Below, piece after piece: positions 1-8,416 of a stretch of DNA of 64,000 nucleotides (the first letter of the stretch is position 1; each line of letters begins with the position of its first letter). A program made the translations under genes and the position numbers. Source of the DNA: a virus. The notes beneath the pieces were generated by a model. It was given only the letters and a program-made list of their open reading frames with translations, searched no databases and was not told the origin of the DNA. The stretch lies in the IMG/VR virus record IMGVR_UViG_3300033407_000001, positions 7,824-71,823 of that record. One strand, written 5' to 3'.

Positions 1-8
1 CCCATGAC

Positions 9-740
9 GTCTCGTTATCAAAGCCAACGAGCAAGCTATTTAAAGATGCGCTCGCATTCTGCGGAGGTTAGGTAGTCTCGTCATCAAAGCCAAACGAGCA
101 GGCTTTTAGGATTGGCAGGAGTGATGGCCAAATGCAGACAGCTGCGGTCTCGTTATTAAAGCCAACGAGCAAGCTTTTAAGATCAAATATCTCTGTGGAA
201 ATGTCGTAGAGTGTAGGGTCTCGTTATAAAAGCCGACGAGCAAGCTGTTTAAGCGAGGACCCTTGAGCAAGGCGATGTTGAGCGCATTGTCTCGTTATAA
301 AAGCCAACGAGCAAGCTGTTTAAGTCGTACTCAGGTAGGCACCGTCAACCTGCCAGTAGAGGTCTCGTTATCGAAGCCAACGAGCAAGCTATTAAGTTGG
401 TAGCGTTGCCTGGCTCGGACCGGACCGCAGGACGTCTCGTCATCAAAGCCAAACGAGCAAGCTGTTTAAAGGTGATGTCGTTGATAGCGCAAGGCTTTCG
501 ACTGGCCGTCTCGTTATTTAAGCCAACGAGCAAGCTATTTAAGATCGCTCTTCACCAGTGTGGAGTCTCGTCCTTTAAGCCGACGAGCAAGCTGTTCAAG
601 GAGCACGGGGGCTTCTGGCTCGTTGCCAACTACACCGGTCTCGTTCTTTAAGCCAACGAGCAAGCTGTTCAAGGTGGCGAGTGATGCTGATCAAAGCCAA
701 ACTTGTCTCGTCATCAAAGCCGACGAGCAAGCTATTCAAG
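9..740 (-). CRISPR. Type V CRISPR array, 11 degenerate 35-38 bp repeats and 10 spacers (21-37 bp); probably continues beyond the left edge
   Basis: Repeats start at 9, 75, 147, 218, 289, 362, 434, 508, 565, 638, 705. Plus-strand consensus GTCTCGTYATCAAAGCCRACGAGCAAGCTRTTYAAG; minus strand ends ...GAGAC with hairpin CTCGTY-9nt-RACGAG. Lies 41 bp downstream of the Cas12m-like gene on the same strand. Confidence 0.97.
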
Positions 741-781
741 GGCTATCCTAGAAACTATTCAATTATCAAAGAGTTATGTAG

Positions 782-2803
782 CTAATTTCGAGAGGTGGCT
801 TTTCGGACTCTTTTAGCAGGTTCTGCTGGTCCGATTGTTTCCTGGAAAATCCAATCATATTTAGTATTTACAGCCAATGATGGGATGCCTGACTTCCTCG
901 GGTCACCTGGGGTCTCGAAATCGGGTGGGGTTCCTCCGCCGCTGCGGCAGAGGTTGATAGCAGCATTCGCATCCTGGTCCCAGAAGGCACCGCAATCCGA
1001 GCACCAATGATTGATGGATAGCGCATGATCCCAATCGTTAATCACTCCACATTGATGGCACATAGCAGTTATGTGCTTAGAGTCCAGCGCTTCGAATATC
1101 GCGCCATGGTTTCCGCAGGCGTTATTGATGAGGATCCGCATTTTCCCAGGAGATGCGAGTGAGGCTTGTTTTCTGACGATTTTGCTGTTCAGCTCACCGT
1201 CGAAATTTTCCTTGGTCTTGAATTTTGCGTAATTTGTATTATCGACTACAACCTTGCCATATTCACGGGCAAGGAAGGCAGCAAATTTTCGATATGCGTC
1301 TTTCTTGCGTAGCTGGCAGCGGTACTCGATGCCGCGTGTCCTATTATATGCAGCCTTGTCCAGACTTCGCCAGGTTTCCAGTTCGCCAAACATGGCTTCA
1401 TCGCCATCGAAGCGATTTTTTCTCCAATGAAGAACGAATGACGCTAGCTTACGTTGAGATTCCCAGTTTCTAATCATACTGATGCCGCGCCATCCGGTTA
1501 GCCACTGCGGAAGGCTGTCTTGCTCTTTTTTATGACGAGACAGCCAGACCGCAAAAGACTCTTTAATCTGATTGAGTGCCAGGTCTCGCGCCGCCTGCTT
1601 TATGCACATCGTTTCCATCTTTTTGCTGTATTCACCCTCAAGGATGACTTCGCCGTGGCGACCATCGTCTCCGTACCAGTAGGCTGCGCGGATGTTATTG
1701 TCACCGACTCTTCTCCAGCCCAGATTCACTGCGACGACCCCAGGGCGCTGAACTTCTTTTGCCTTATCCTTGCTTAGAGTCAGTTGCAGGTAAAATCGGT
1801 AGGTGGTGCCTGATCTTTTCTGCACAATCTTGGCCCATTTGATTTTCACATCATCTGGGATACTCCTATGCATTGTAATGGGAAATTCCACCCATATTGG
1901 CTTCATGCGATTGGTTGGCGAAGATCCAACACGTATGCGCACCGTTGTTCGACAGTTTTTGCGCCGGAAGGCCCGGTCTGGGGTGCCATCCGGTCTATTC
2001 TTGGTCCAAGGATTGTCCTCCGGGGTCGAGAACGGTTTTGTGATCTGAAGGAATTTGCTACCACCCCATGCCTGCTCGGCGGTGATACCTTTCTGCAGTT
2101 GGACTGAGACAATACCGTCACCAGACCAATGTTTGAATTTTGGATCTTTCCTTCTCCCAGGAGCATATTGGGCCGCCCTAGCGGCTCTTTCGTTTGCCCC
2201 GTAGGTGCCCCAGCATATCTTATGCTGCTCCCTGAACTCATTGCGTATCCTTTTGATTTCCGCAGCGAGTTTCTTATTGTTGGCCGTTATCTTATCTTCA
2301 ATCTCTGGGCGCTGTTTGATTTCCTCGCGTATATCCTTTCGCTCAGAAGTAGCAACCTTCTTCTTAGCCGTAAGCTTTTTCTTGAGATCTTTTGCTCCCT
2401 TATTGGTCTTGTCGGCCTTGAGGATGGCCTTGAGTGATTTGATTTCTTCGGATAGCTCGTCGATCGTTGAATTCAACTCCTCCATGCGGAGGCTAGGGGC
2501 TTCACCTATGATTTCCCTGTATAGCTTCGTTGAGGCTCGATAGGCCTCAGTGAGCTTGTTCCGATGGTCGTGCCCCAGGCGCAGTTGATAGATGAGAGTG
2601 TGACCATTGCACAGGTCACCATCGGTGTCCTGATTACATTTTGGACAGTCGCTCTCCGGTCCCGCGAATGTCGGTCTCCCAAGGCGGAATTCAATAGTAT
2701 TTTCGACTGTTTTATGGCTTTCGATTTTGCAAATCGAACAGACCTGAATCAGTTCTTTTTTTGGATCTGGATGGTCTCCCCACCTGTGTTGATGTGTAGG
2801 CAT
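782..2803 (-). CDS. cas12m: Type V-M CRISPR effector, Cas12m-like (TnpB-derived; RuvC predicted inactive)
   Basis: RuvC-I VAVNLGWR (Asp replaced by Asn), RuvC-II VVVDNT (Asp for Glu), Zn finger CHQC...CSDC, RuvC-III DQDANAAINL, WGTY and GDGIVSVQLQ motifs, long Lys/Glu coiled-coil REC insertion. These match MmCas12m motifs as recalled (ALHLGWR, VLVDDT, GSGTIAVQLQ). Abuts the array. Confidence 0.85.
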   Translation of the reverse strand: MPTHQHRWGDHPDPKKELIQVCSICKIESHKTVENTIEFRLGRPTFAGPESDCPKCNQDTDGDLCNGHTLIYQLRLGHDHRNKLTEAYRASTKLYREIIGEAPSLRMEELNSTIDELSEEIKSLKAILKADKTNKGAKDLKKKLTAKKKVATSERKDIREEIKQRPEIEDKITANNKKLAAEIKRIRNEFREQHKICWGTYGANERAARAAQYAPGRRKDPKFKHWSGDGIVSVQLQKGITAEQAWGGSKFLQITKPFSTPEDNPWTKNRPDGTPDRAFRRKNCRTTVRIRVGSSPTNRMKPIWVEFPITMHRSIPDDVKIKWAKIVQKRSGTTYRFYLQLTLSKDKAKEVQRPGVVAVNLGWRRVGDNNIRAAYWYGDDGRHGEVILEGEYSKKMETMCIKQAARDLALNQIKESFAVWLSRHKKEQDSLPQWLTGWRGISMIRNWESQRKLASFVLHWRKNRFDGDEAMFGELETWRSLDKAAYNRTRGIEYRCQLRKKDAYRKFAAFLAREYGKVVVDNTNYAKFKTKENFDGELNSKIVRKQASLASPGKMRILINNACGNHGAIFEALDSKHITAMCHQCGVINDWDHALSINHWCSDCGAFWDQDANAAINLCRSGGGTPPDFETPGDPRKSGIPSLAVNTKYDWIFQETIGPAEPAKRVRKATSRN

Positions 2804-3423
2804 TATGCCACCGCCTTAGGCTTAGCAGGAGGCTGGTGACCAACCTCTATGAGTATCGACTCAGCGTAATCACCTATGCTGCTGGGTGGGGTATTGTAGA
2901 AGCCCATCTGGCAGATTTGCCTGAGGCTCTCGACGAGCTTGCTGTACTTCTCCTTGGCAGTTAAATCTCTGTCCTGAGAAAAGAGGATTCCGTTCTGCTT
3001 TGCAGCATTCCTGACAAGAGCAACCTGTGTCTGCTTGGACGGATGGTAGCCATGTTCGGAGCGATATTTCTCGACACTGATCAGTGTCGCTGCATAGATG
3101 GGTACGGCGTGCTTGTGGGCGCTGGCGTTAGCACGCATGATTTTGACGAACTCGCGAACAGCCCCCAGTCCGATGGCAACCATCTCATCATGGGTCATGA
3201 ACTGGTGAGCGGCATGGTAGTACTCGTACTCACTGGATTGAATACCAAAATGTTTGAGGGAAAATTGCCGAAAGGAAGCTGCCCCAGTCGTTCGCCACTC
3301 TTGAGATTCTTCAAGGGTGCGCATTTTACCCCATATTACAAAGAGTTCTGCTCGGCGAGCCTCTATAAGGTTGCGGATTTCTTCTATTTTGACTGTGAGG
3401 GCTTTTGATTTTTTGTCACTCAT
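2803..3423 (-). CDS. Hypothetical protein, probably co-transcribed with cas12m
   Basis: Stop overlaps the cas12m start; start moved to MSDKK (3423) because a TTGACAATT box lies at about 3471-3481. Confidence 0.7.
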   Translation of the reverse strand: MSDKKSKALTVKIEEIRNLIEARRAELFVIWGKMRTLEESQEWRTTGAASFRQFSLKHFGIQSSEYEYYHAAHQFMTHDEMVAIGLGAVREFVKIMRANASAHKHAVPIYAATLISVEKYRSEHGYHPSKQTQVALVRNAAKQNGILFSQDRDLTAKEKYSKLVESLRQICQMGFYNTPPSSIGDYAESILIEVGHQPPAKPKAVA

Positions 3424-3498
3424 ACTGGAACTCTCTTTAAGAGGAGATTCCACGTTCTTATGGGTGCGGTCAATTGTCAAGTCGCCCAATGATTTTGA

Positions 3499-3954
3499 TC
3501 AAGACTGATGCATCGTCGTCTGGAGCAGGTCCAGGGTGATTCCTAGCTCCTCGGCTACAGAGAAGATTTTATCGTCTCGGTAGAATTCAGCGTAAACAAT
3601 GCGCTTCATTCCAGCGTTGGCAATCATCTTGAAGCATGGCCAGCAGGGGCTTGCTGTGGTGTAAAGCATCGCGCTATCAATAGAGGTGCCATTCTTGGCA
3701 GCCTGGATGATGGCATTTTGCTCTGCGTGGATGGTCGCCACACAGTGGTTGTCCTCCATCATGCAGCCGACGCCAGGGTCATCGCAGTGAGGCAAGCCTT
3801 TGATCGATCCATTGTAGCCAGTGGCTAGGATGGACTTGTCGCGGACGATCACAGCACCGACATGCTTACGCGGGCATGTGGCGCGAGTGGCCACGTCTGT
3901 GGCTATGTTCATAAAATAATGATCCCAGGATGCTCTTTCCATGGCCGGGACCAT
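3499..3954 (-). CDS. dCMP deaminase (ComEB/DCTD family)
   Basis: HAEQNA and SPCWPC zinc-binding motifs; RATCPRKHVGAVIV...ATGYNG. Confidence 0.93.
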   Translation of the reverse strand: MVPAMERASWDHYFMNIATDVATRATCPRKHVGAVIVRDKSILATGYNGSIKGLPHCDDPGVGCMMEDNHCVATIHAEQNAIIQAAKNGTSIDSAMLYTTASPCWPCFKMIANAGMKRIVYAEFYRDDKIFSVAEELGITLDLLQTTMHQS

Positions 3955-3975
3955 GACTCAAGGTTTGCCTATTGT

Positions 3976-5040
3976 CTATAGGGCGCCGCCAGCGGATATC
4001 TTTGATTGCTGCTCCAGCCAAAGCTTCTTAGCCCATTCACCCCTGGTGGTGAGTTCATAATGCATAGGATCGACAAAATCGATTGATTCCCATTCTCCCA
4101 TGGCCCGCTTGAAGGCGTCTGTAGAGTTGATCGCCTGATCGTTCTGGTCATATCCAATGCCAAAGTCTCTCACCAAGTGTAGCCACTCCATCCGACCCCA
4201 GTTCATCCCACAGGAGAAGCCAACGGAGATGAAGGCGATGAATAGCTCCAGTGGCATGCTGTCTGGATACACCTCGAAGTATTGCTTGGAGAATGGGAGG
4301 ATCGTATGAATCGGTCCTCGATCAGCGATGTTAGGGGTGCAAGGTATCCATTTGATCTTACCGTTGATCTTCACCTTGCGTTGCCACTTGTGATGCTTGG
4401 AGACGCCACGATTCATCTCCATGTTCTGATCAAATGCAAAAGCCCATGAGTGATAGCTCAGTGGATTGGATTTGTTATGGCGGATGTGTCGAGGGGAATA
4501 GGCGCCAATTTTGGTCAGGTAGCTGAGGACTTTGTAGACTATGCCCATGATGGAAGAGGTTCGCGCCTCCAACTCCTCACAACGAGATAGACCCTCCCGG
4601 AAGTAGATGCCGGCCCGATTCTCCATATACAGACGAGGCCTGTCGTTGTTCCAATTGCCGGGCAGATTCTCGTGTACCTTCAGGTTGGCCTTCGGGAATT
4701 GCTTGTTGCCGGTGTCGTTTGATGGTCGTCCGTAGACGCCATAGACACTGAGTTCACCCTCCTTTGGGTAGCGGCGGGACGGAAGGGCATCCAGGGGGCC
4801 GTCAAATGGCCTGTAGAGGACCTCCATCATCAGATCCCATCTCAGCTTCCATTCGGATGGCTCCGGCTCAGAGGGCTCCACAGGAGGCGCAGGAGTGACC
4901 ACCTCCCCAGAAGCCTCGGTTGGTGGGCTTTCCACGGGAACCTTTTCAGGAAGGACCGGTATGTCCTCTTCGGTTGGCTTCTGCGGGTTCTCGATAGCAC
5001 CGAAGATCTTAAGTATCAGGTTCCATATGGCTGCGATCAT
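3976..5040 (-). CDS. M15-family Zn peptidase (endolysin-like) with Pro/Glu-rich N-terminal linker
   Basis: R...SYHSWAFAFD and DPMHYE motifs of M15 peptidases. Confidence 0.7.
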   Translation of the reverse strand: MIAAIWNLILKIFGAIENPQKPTEEDIPVLPEKVPVESPPTEASGEVVTPAPPVEPSEPEPSEWKLRWDLMMEVLYRPFDGPLDALPSRRYPKEGELSVYGVYGRPSNDTGNKQFPKANLKVHENLPGNWNNDRPRLYMENRAGIYFREGLSRCEELEARTSSIMGIVYKVLSYLTKIGAYSPRHIRHNKSNPLSYHSWAFAFDQNMEMNRGVSKHHKWQRKVKINGKIKWIPCTPNIADRGPIHTILPFSKQYFEVYPDSMPLELFIAFISVGFSCGMNWGRMEWLHLVRDFGIGYDQNDQAINSTDAFKRAMGEWESIDFVDPMHYELTTRGEWAKKLWLEQQSKISAGGAL

Positions 5041-5072
5041 GTGCGCAGTCTACACCCATGATCACCCATATG

Positions 5073-5130
5073 TCTCATCGAAGCCTATGCCTAGGCTTTA
5101 CAGCGGCATAGGTGATGCCGCAACATGAGA
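5073..5130. ncRNA. Candidate structured RNA (three-way junction with alternative fold)
   Basis: Perfect stems TCTCAT/ATGAGA, AAGCCTA/TAGGCTT and GCGGCAT/ATGCCGC in an intergenic region; alternative helix CCTATGCC/GGCATAGG. Confidence 0.5.
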
Positions 5131-5254
5131 AGAAAATTAGCGCCGCAAAGGATTGCGTTGTAACCACCTCGTAAAGCCCGTAGATGATTGCAGCGGAGCA
5201 TATTTTCCAACCATTCGTGGTGGTTTTAGACGGCAAGGTCATGGTAACGTTCAA

Positions 5255-5290
5255 AGTGAAAAGCCTGCTTGATGGCTTAGAAATCAAGAC
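5255..5290 (+). CRISPR. Solitary variant CRISPR repeat (unit A)
   Basis: AGTGAAAAGCCTGCTTGATGGCTTAGAAATCAAGAC; last 31 nt identical to 33075-33105 (minus) and 23/31 identical to the array consensus with a compensated stem; extended -10 TGGTAACGT at 5242-5250. Confidence 0.7.
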
Positions 5291-5304
5291 CAACCCATAG
5301 TCCC

Positions 5305-5838
5305 TCACTTGGGGCTAATCATCATTGTCATGACGCGGTTTTCATACCGAGCAGCCCTCTCTAGTTTCGCTATGTCTACCAGCTCAACCATGATCTTGTC
5401 CAATATGGCCTTGCCAACCTCCGGGTGAGCGTTCTCACGTCCCCGAAATCTAACCTCAAATTGGACTTTGTTCCCTTCTTCTAGGAACTTGCGGGCATGC
5501 TTGGATTTGAAGGCAATATCGTGAACGTCAGTCTTAGGTCTGAGCTTAATCTGCTTCAGCTCAACCTTGGTCTGGTTCTTTTTGGCAACGTTTTTGCGCT
5601 TTTTCTCTGCATATAAGAATTTACCGTAGTCTATGATCTTGCAGACAGGCGGCCTAACCTCTGGAGATATCTCAACTAGATCCATCTCCATCTCTTCAGC
5701 CTTAGCTAGCGCTTCGGCGATGGGCATGATCCCCTGTTGCGTACCATCCGCAAGAACAACACGTACAGAGGACACTCTGATGCTTTTGTTCATGCGTGGA
5801 CCCATTGGCTTCTTGGGTCGCCTCTCGTTACCTCTCAT
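5305..5838 (-). CDS. infC: Translation initiation factor IF-3
   Basis: MNKSIR..VRVV, DLVEISP...PPVCKIIDYGKFLY, KQIKLRPKTDVHD, FLEEGNKV..EVRFRGRE. Confidence 0.97.
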   Translation of the reverse strand: MRGNERRPKKPMGPRMNKSIRVSSVRVVLADGTQQGIMPIAEALAKAEEMEMDLVEISPEVRPPVCKIIDYGKFLYAEKKRKNVAKKNQTKVELKQIKLRPKTDVHDIAFKSKHARKFLEEGNKVQFEVRFRGRENAHPEVGKAILDKIMVELVDIAKLERAARYENRVMTMMISPK

Positions 5839-6074
5839 TCCATATCTCCGAATCCTGTCTTGGGCTTGCTGCCATGGAACGCTTCTATGTCGGCAGCCAG
5901 CTCGCCGGACTTGTCAAAAGTTCCATTACTGACGCTTTCTTGCATTTCAGCCCTGCTGCGCCTCTTGAGTTCCTCGGCATGGTCTTCACACAGGTGTGAC
6001 TCAATGCTGCAGGGATCGCCGCATTGAACGCAGTGCTCTTTACCGAATGGCCATGGATTGTCTGTGATGCTCAT
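5835..6074 (-). CDS. Hypothetical protein
   Basis: Overlaps infC start; CxxC...C-H motif. Confidence 0.6.
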   Translation of the reverse strand: MSITDNPWPFGKEHCVQCGDPCSIESHLCEDHAEELKRRSRAEMQESVSNGTFDKSGELAADIEAFHGSKPKTGFGDME

Positions 6075-6076
6075 AG

Positions 6077-6262
6077 TTATTCCGGCTTGTAGTCAAATGC
6101 CATGTCTATGCATTTGTCGCGCAGGGTGTCAAAATCTTTTTTGAACTCATCGTTTGTTCCTTCGAAGGGCACGTCTCTGTCTCGCAGGGAGTCGATTAGC
6201 TTCCAAACTAACCAGCGTTCCCGCTTAGTAATTTTCGCTATCCGTTTCTTCTGTTGCATCAT
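6077..6262 (-). CDS. Hypothetical protein
   Basis: Tiles between neighbours on the coding strand. Confidence 0.5.
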   Translation of the reverse strand: MMQQKKRIAKITKRERWLVWKLIDSLRDRDVPFEGTNDEFKKDFDTLRDKCIDMAFDYKPE

Positions 6263-8018
6263 TTTTCACTGGTATGAACTGAAGCACCTTGGCTACGTCC
6301 GGTTCCTTAACTTCGAGTCCACGCTGCTTCATGAATGCTTCGGCGAGTTTCTTGGAGTTGTGCCCCTCGGTATTGCTGCGTGCGATGAGGCTTGCATTGG
6401 GATCTCTGATGCCTTGCATTTGAGATCTCTTCACGCCTAGGACGTCGGCAATGATCGGATCACTGCCAAATTCCGAGAGTAGGTAATAGGCCATGACTGG
6501 GTCTGGTTGACCATCCCTGTGGGCTCGCCCTGTACATTGATCGTGGACCCCTGGCGACCAGTCTAGCTCACCGAACACAACGGTTCTGCAGCAGTACTGC
6601 AGTCCATCCAATCCGGCGCCGGCACGGAGGGACATCATCAGAATTTTGCTTTCGCCCTCAACAAACCTTCGCTTGGATTCGATCTTCTGTGCCGTACTTT
6701 GCCTGCCCGTGTACATGGCCGGGTTGAGGTCTTTCAGCTTTGCCTGCCATATTCCATAAACCTCATGGTGCCATCCATATAGAAGAACGGATTCACCAGA
6801 TTCTACGAGTATTCTTACAAAGTCTGCAACATACGGCGCCTTCGCAAGGCCGGTGGCCTGCCTGAGTACGTTCGATAGCTGCTCTGCAGCCATCATCTTC
6901 ATGCCCTTCTTGGCTTCGCCTTGGGCAAGGATTATCTGGGCCAGCTCAGCCGCTGAGTCCTCAATTTTACTGAGTTCTTCAGTGTTGGCTTCAATGGCGT
7001 GGGGAATCTTAGTGAGGGGCTCAAGCTCACGGCCAACCTCGCTTCTAGTCCGCCTGATCATCAATCCGATTTCCCTGAGATAAGATCCAAAACCCTTTGG
7101 ATCTGTTATCGATGGTTTATCTCCAGATGATCCACTGCACCATTCTCTGAGAAATTCTGCGCGAGTCCCTAGTACGTCAGGAGCAATCGATGACATGACG
7201 TTAAAGAATTCTCCACCGTAGTTGTAAATCGGAGTCGCGCTCAATCCGACGCGAGTCCTGGAATGGCCGGATACGTGCGCCGCTGCAATAGTCTTCTGTG
7301 ACTCAGATCTGCGCAATTCTTGGCACTCATCGAAGATAACACTCTTGGTCACACCAGCGAGAGTCTCTGCCCAACCACGAAGTTTGTGGTAGTTGATGAT
7401 GATAACGTCAGGGAAGAGGACCTTTTTCTCTTCTTTGTTTTTACCCCTGCCGACGGTTACTTTGGTCATGTCGTACGGAGAACTCTTCTTTACGATATGA
7501 GTACGAAGTCCAGGAAGGAACTTGTTTACTTCACTCTCCCATTGCTTAGGAAGGTGAGTCAGCGTGACGACGAGCGCTGGTAAATTAGACGGGTCAGTGA
7601 AAATACACATGCCGGTGATCGTCTTGCCAAGTCCAAGATCATCAGCAACGAGAAGTCTGCCAGTTCGCATCGCAAGGGCGGCTGCTACCTTCTGGTATTC
7701 TCTCGGCGGTAAAGCCATTTCCATCTCTGGCGGCTCGTATCCATCGGCTAGGATATCTGCAATGGCTGAGTCCTTAGCTCTCTGTTCATCGGCTTTTTCC
7801 GTCAGAACCAGCTGATCATTGGCCTCGATCTCCATTGGATACCGAGACATGAACCACTCAAGCTCCCTTGAGTTGTCAGTGGTCGCAGATAGCCATTGTT
7901 CGCCATACTGGCCTTTGTCTATCTGTTTGAAGATTCTCTTAAGTCGGAGAGCCACTTGTGGCTCGCATTGTATGACCCAGGTATCTTTGACTAGTGCTAC
8001 TTTTCCGTACGTTCTCAA
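6225..8018 (-). CDS. SNF2/DEAD-like SF2 helicase
   Basis: ADDLGLGKT, FDECQELR, LSATPIYN, MSLRAGAGLDGLQ, DQCTGRAHRDGQ. Confidence 0.93.
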   Translation of the reverse strand: MRTYGKVALVKDTWVIQCEPQVALRLKRIFKQIDKGQYGEQWLSATTDNSRELEWFMSRYPMEIEANDQLVLTEKADEQRAKDSAIADILADGYEPPEMEMALPPREYQKVAAALAMRTGRLLVADDLGLGKTITGMCIFTDPSNLPALVVTLTHLPKQWESEVNKFLPGLRTHIVKKSSPYDMTKVTVGRGKNKEEKKVLFPDVIIINYHKLRGWAETLAGVTKSVIFDECQELRRSESQKTIAAAHVSGHSRTRVGLSATPIYNYGGEFFNVMSSIAPDVLGTRAEFLREWCSGSSGDKPSITDPKGFGSYLREIGLMIRRTRSEVGRELEPLTKIPHAIEANTEELSKIEDSAAELAQIILAQGEAKKGMKMMAAEQLSNVLRQATGLAKAPYVADFVRILVESGESVLLYGWHHEVYGIWQAKLKDLNPAMYTGRQSTAQKIESKRRFVEGESKILMMSLRAGAGLDGLQYCCRTVVFGELDWSPGVHDQCTGRAHRDGQPDPVMAYYLLSEFGSDPIIADVLGVKRSQMQGIRDPNASLIARSNTEGHNSKKLAEAFMKQRGLEVKEPDVAKVLQFIPVKNDATEETDSENY

Positions 8019-8416
8019 AGAAGGCTGCCAACTAAACTGTGAATAAGCACGGGTTTGCCGTTGATCATCTGAGGTATTTGATTAAGTCTCGCCTTGGCGC
8101 TCACAATCAAGATCCCTCTGATGGATTCATGCTGAACATATCTATGCACTTGGCGAGTAAGAGCGCTTAGTGAGTGCTTGATCTTGACCTCGACACCAAT
8201 CATGGTCTCCGGCCAGTAGAAATCTATCCGATCTTCCTTGGACAGAATACATTCAGATTGGAAGGGGGATTCCAGAGTCTCAAATACTTCCTTGATTCCG
8301 ACTTGAAGATCAGCCTCACAGGTGTAATTGAAGTTGTACTGCTTGAGCAGGCTATCAAGCTCTTTGAGCCACGTTTCGGCTTTAATACGAGGCTCAAGTT
8401 TGACAATATCACTCAC
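8015..8416 (-). CDS. Putative PD-(D/E)XK nuclease-fold protein
   Basis: RIDFY...GVEVK...RQVHRY pattern; coupled to the helicase gene. Confidence 0.5.
   Translation of the reverse strand: MSDIVKLEPRIKAETWLKELDSLLKQYNFNYTCEADLQVGIKEVFETLESPFQSECILSKEDRIDFYWPETMIGVEVKIKHSLSALTRQVHRYVQHESIRGILIVSAKARLNQIPQMINGKPVLIHSLVGSLL

Noticed and set aside
345-751. ORFs 345..533, 397..651 and 560..751
   Set aside because: They read through CRISPR repeats and spacers (repeated FKPTSKLFK); not genes
782-2803. IS200/IS605 TnpB transposon call
   Set aside because: 673 aa with Cas12m-type motifs, altered RuvC, an adjacent array and no tnpA or transposon ends seen
5073-5130. Purine riboswitch or hammerhead ribozyme identity for the three-way junction
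   Set aside because: Junction and loop consensus nucleotides (purine J2/3, hammerhead CUGANGA/GAAA) are absent
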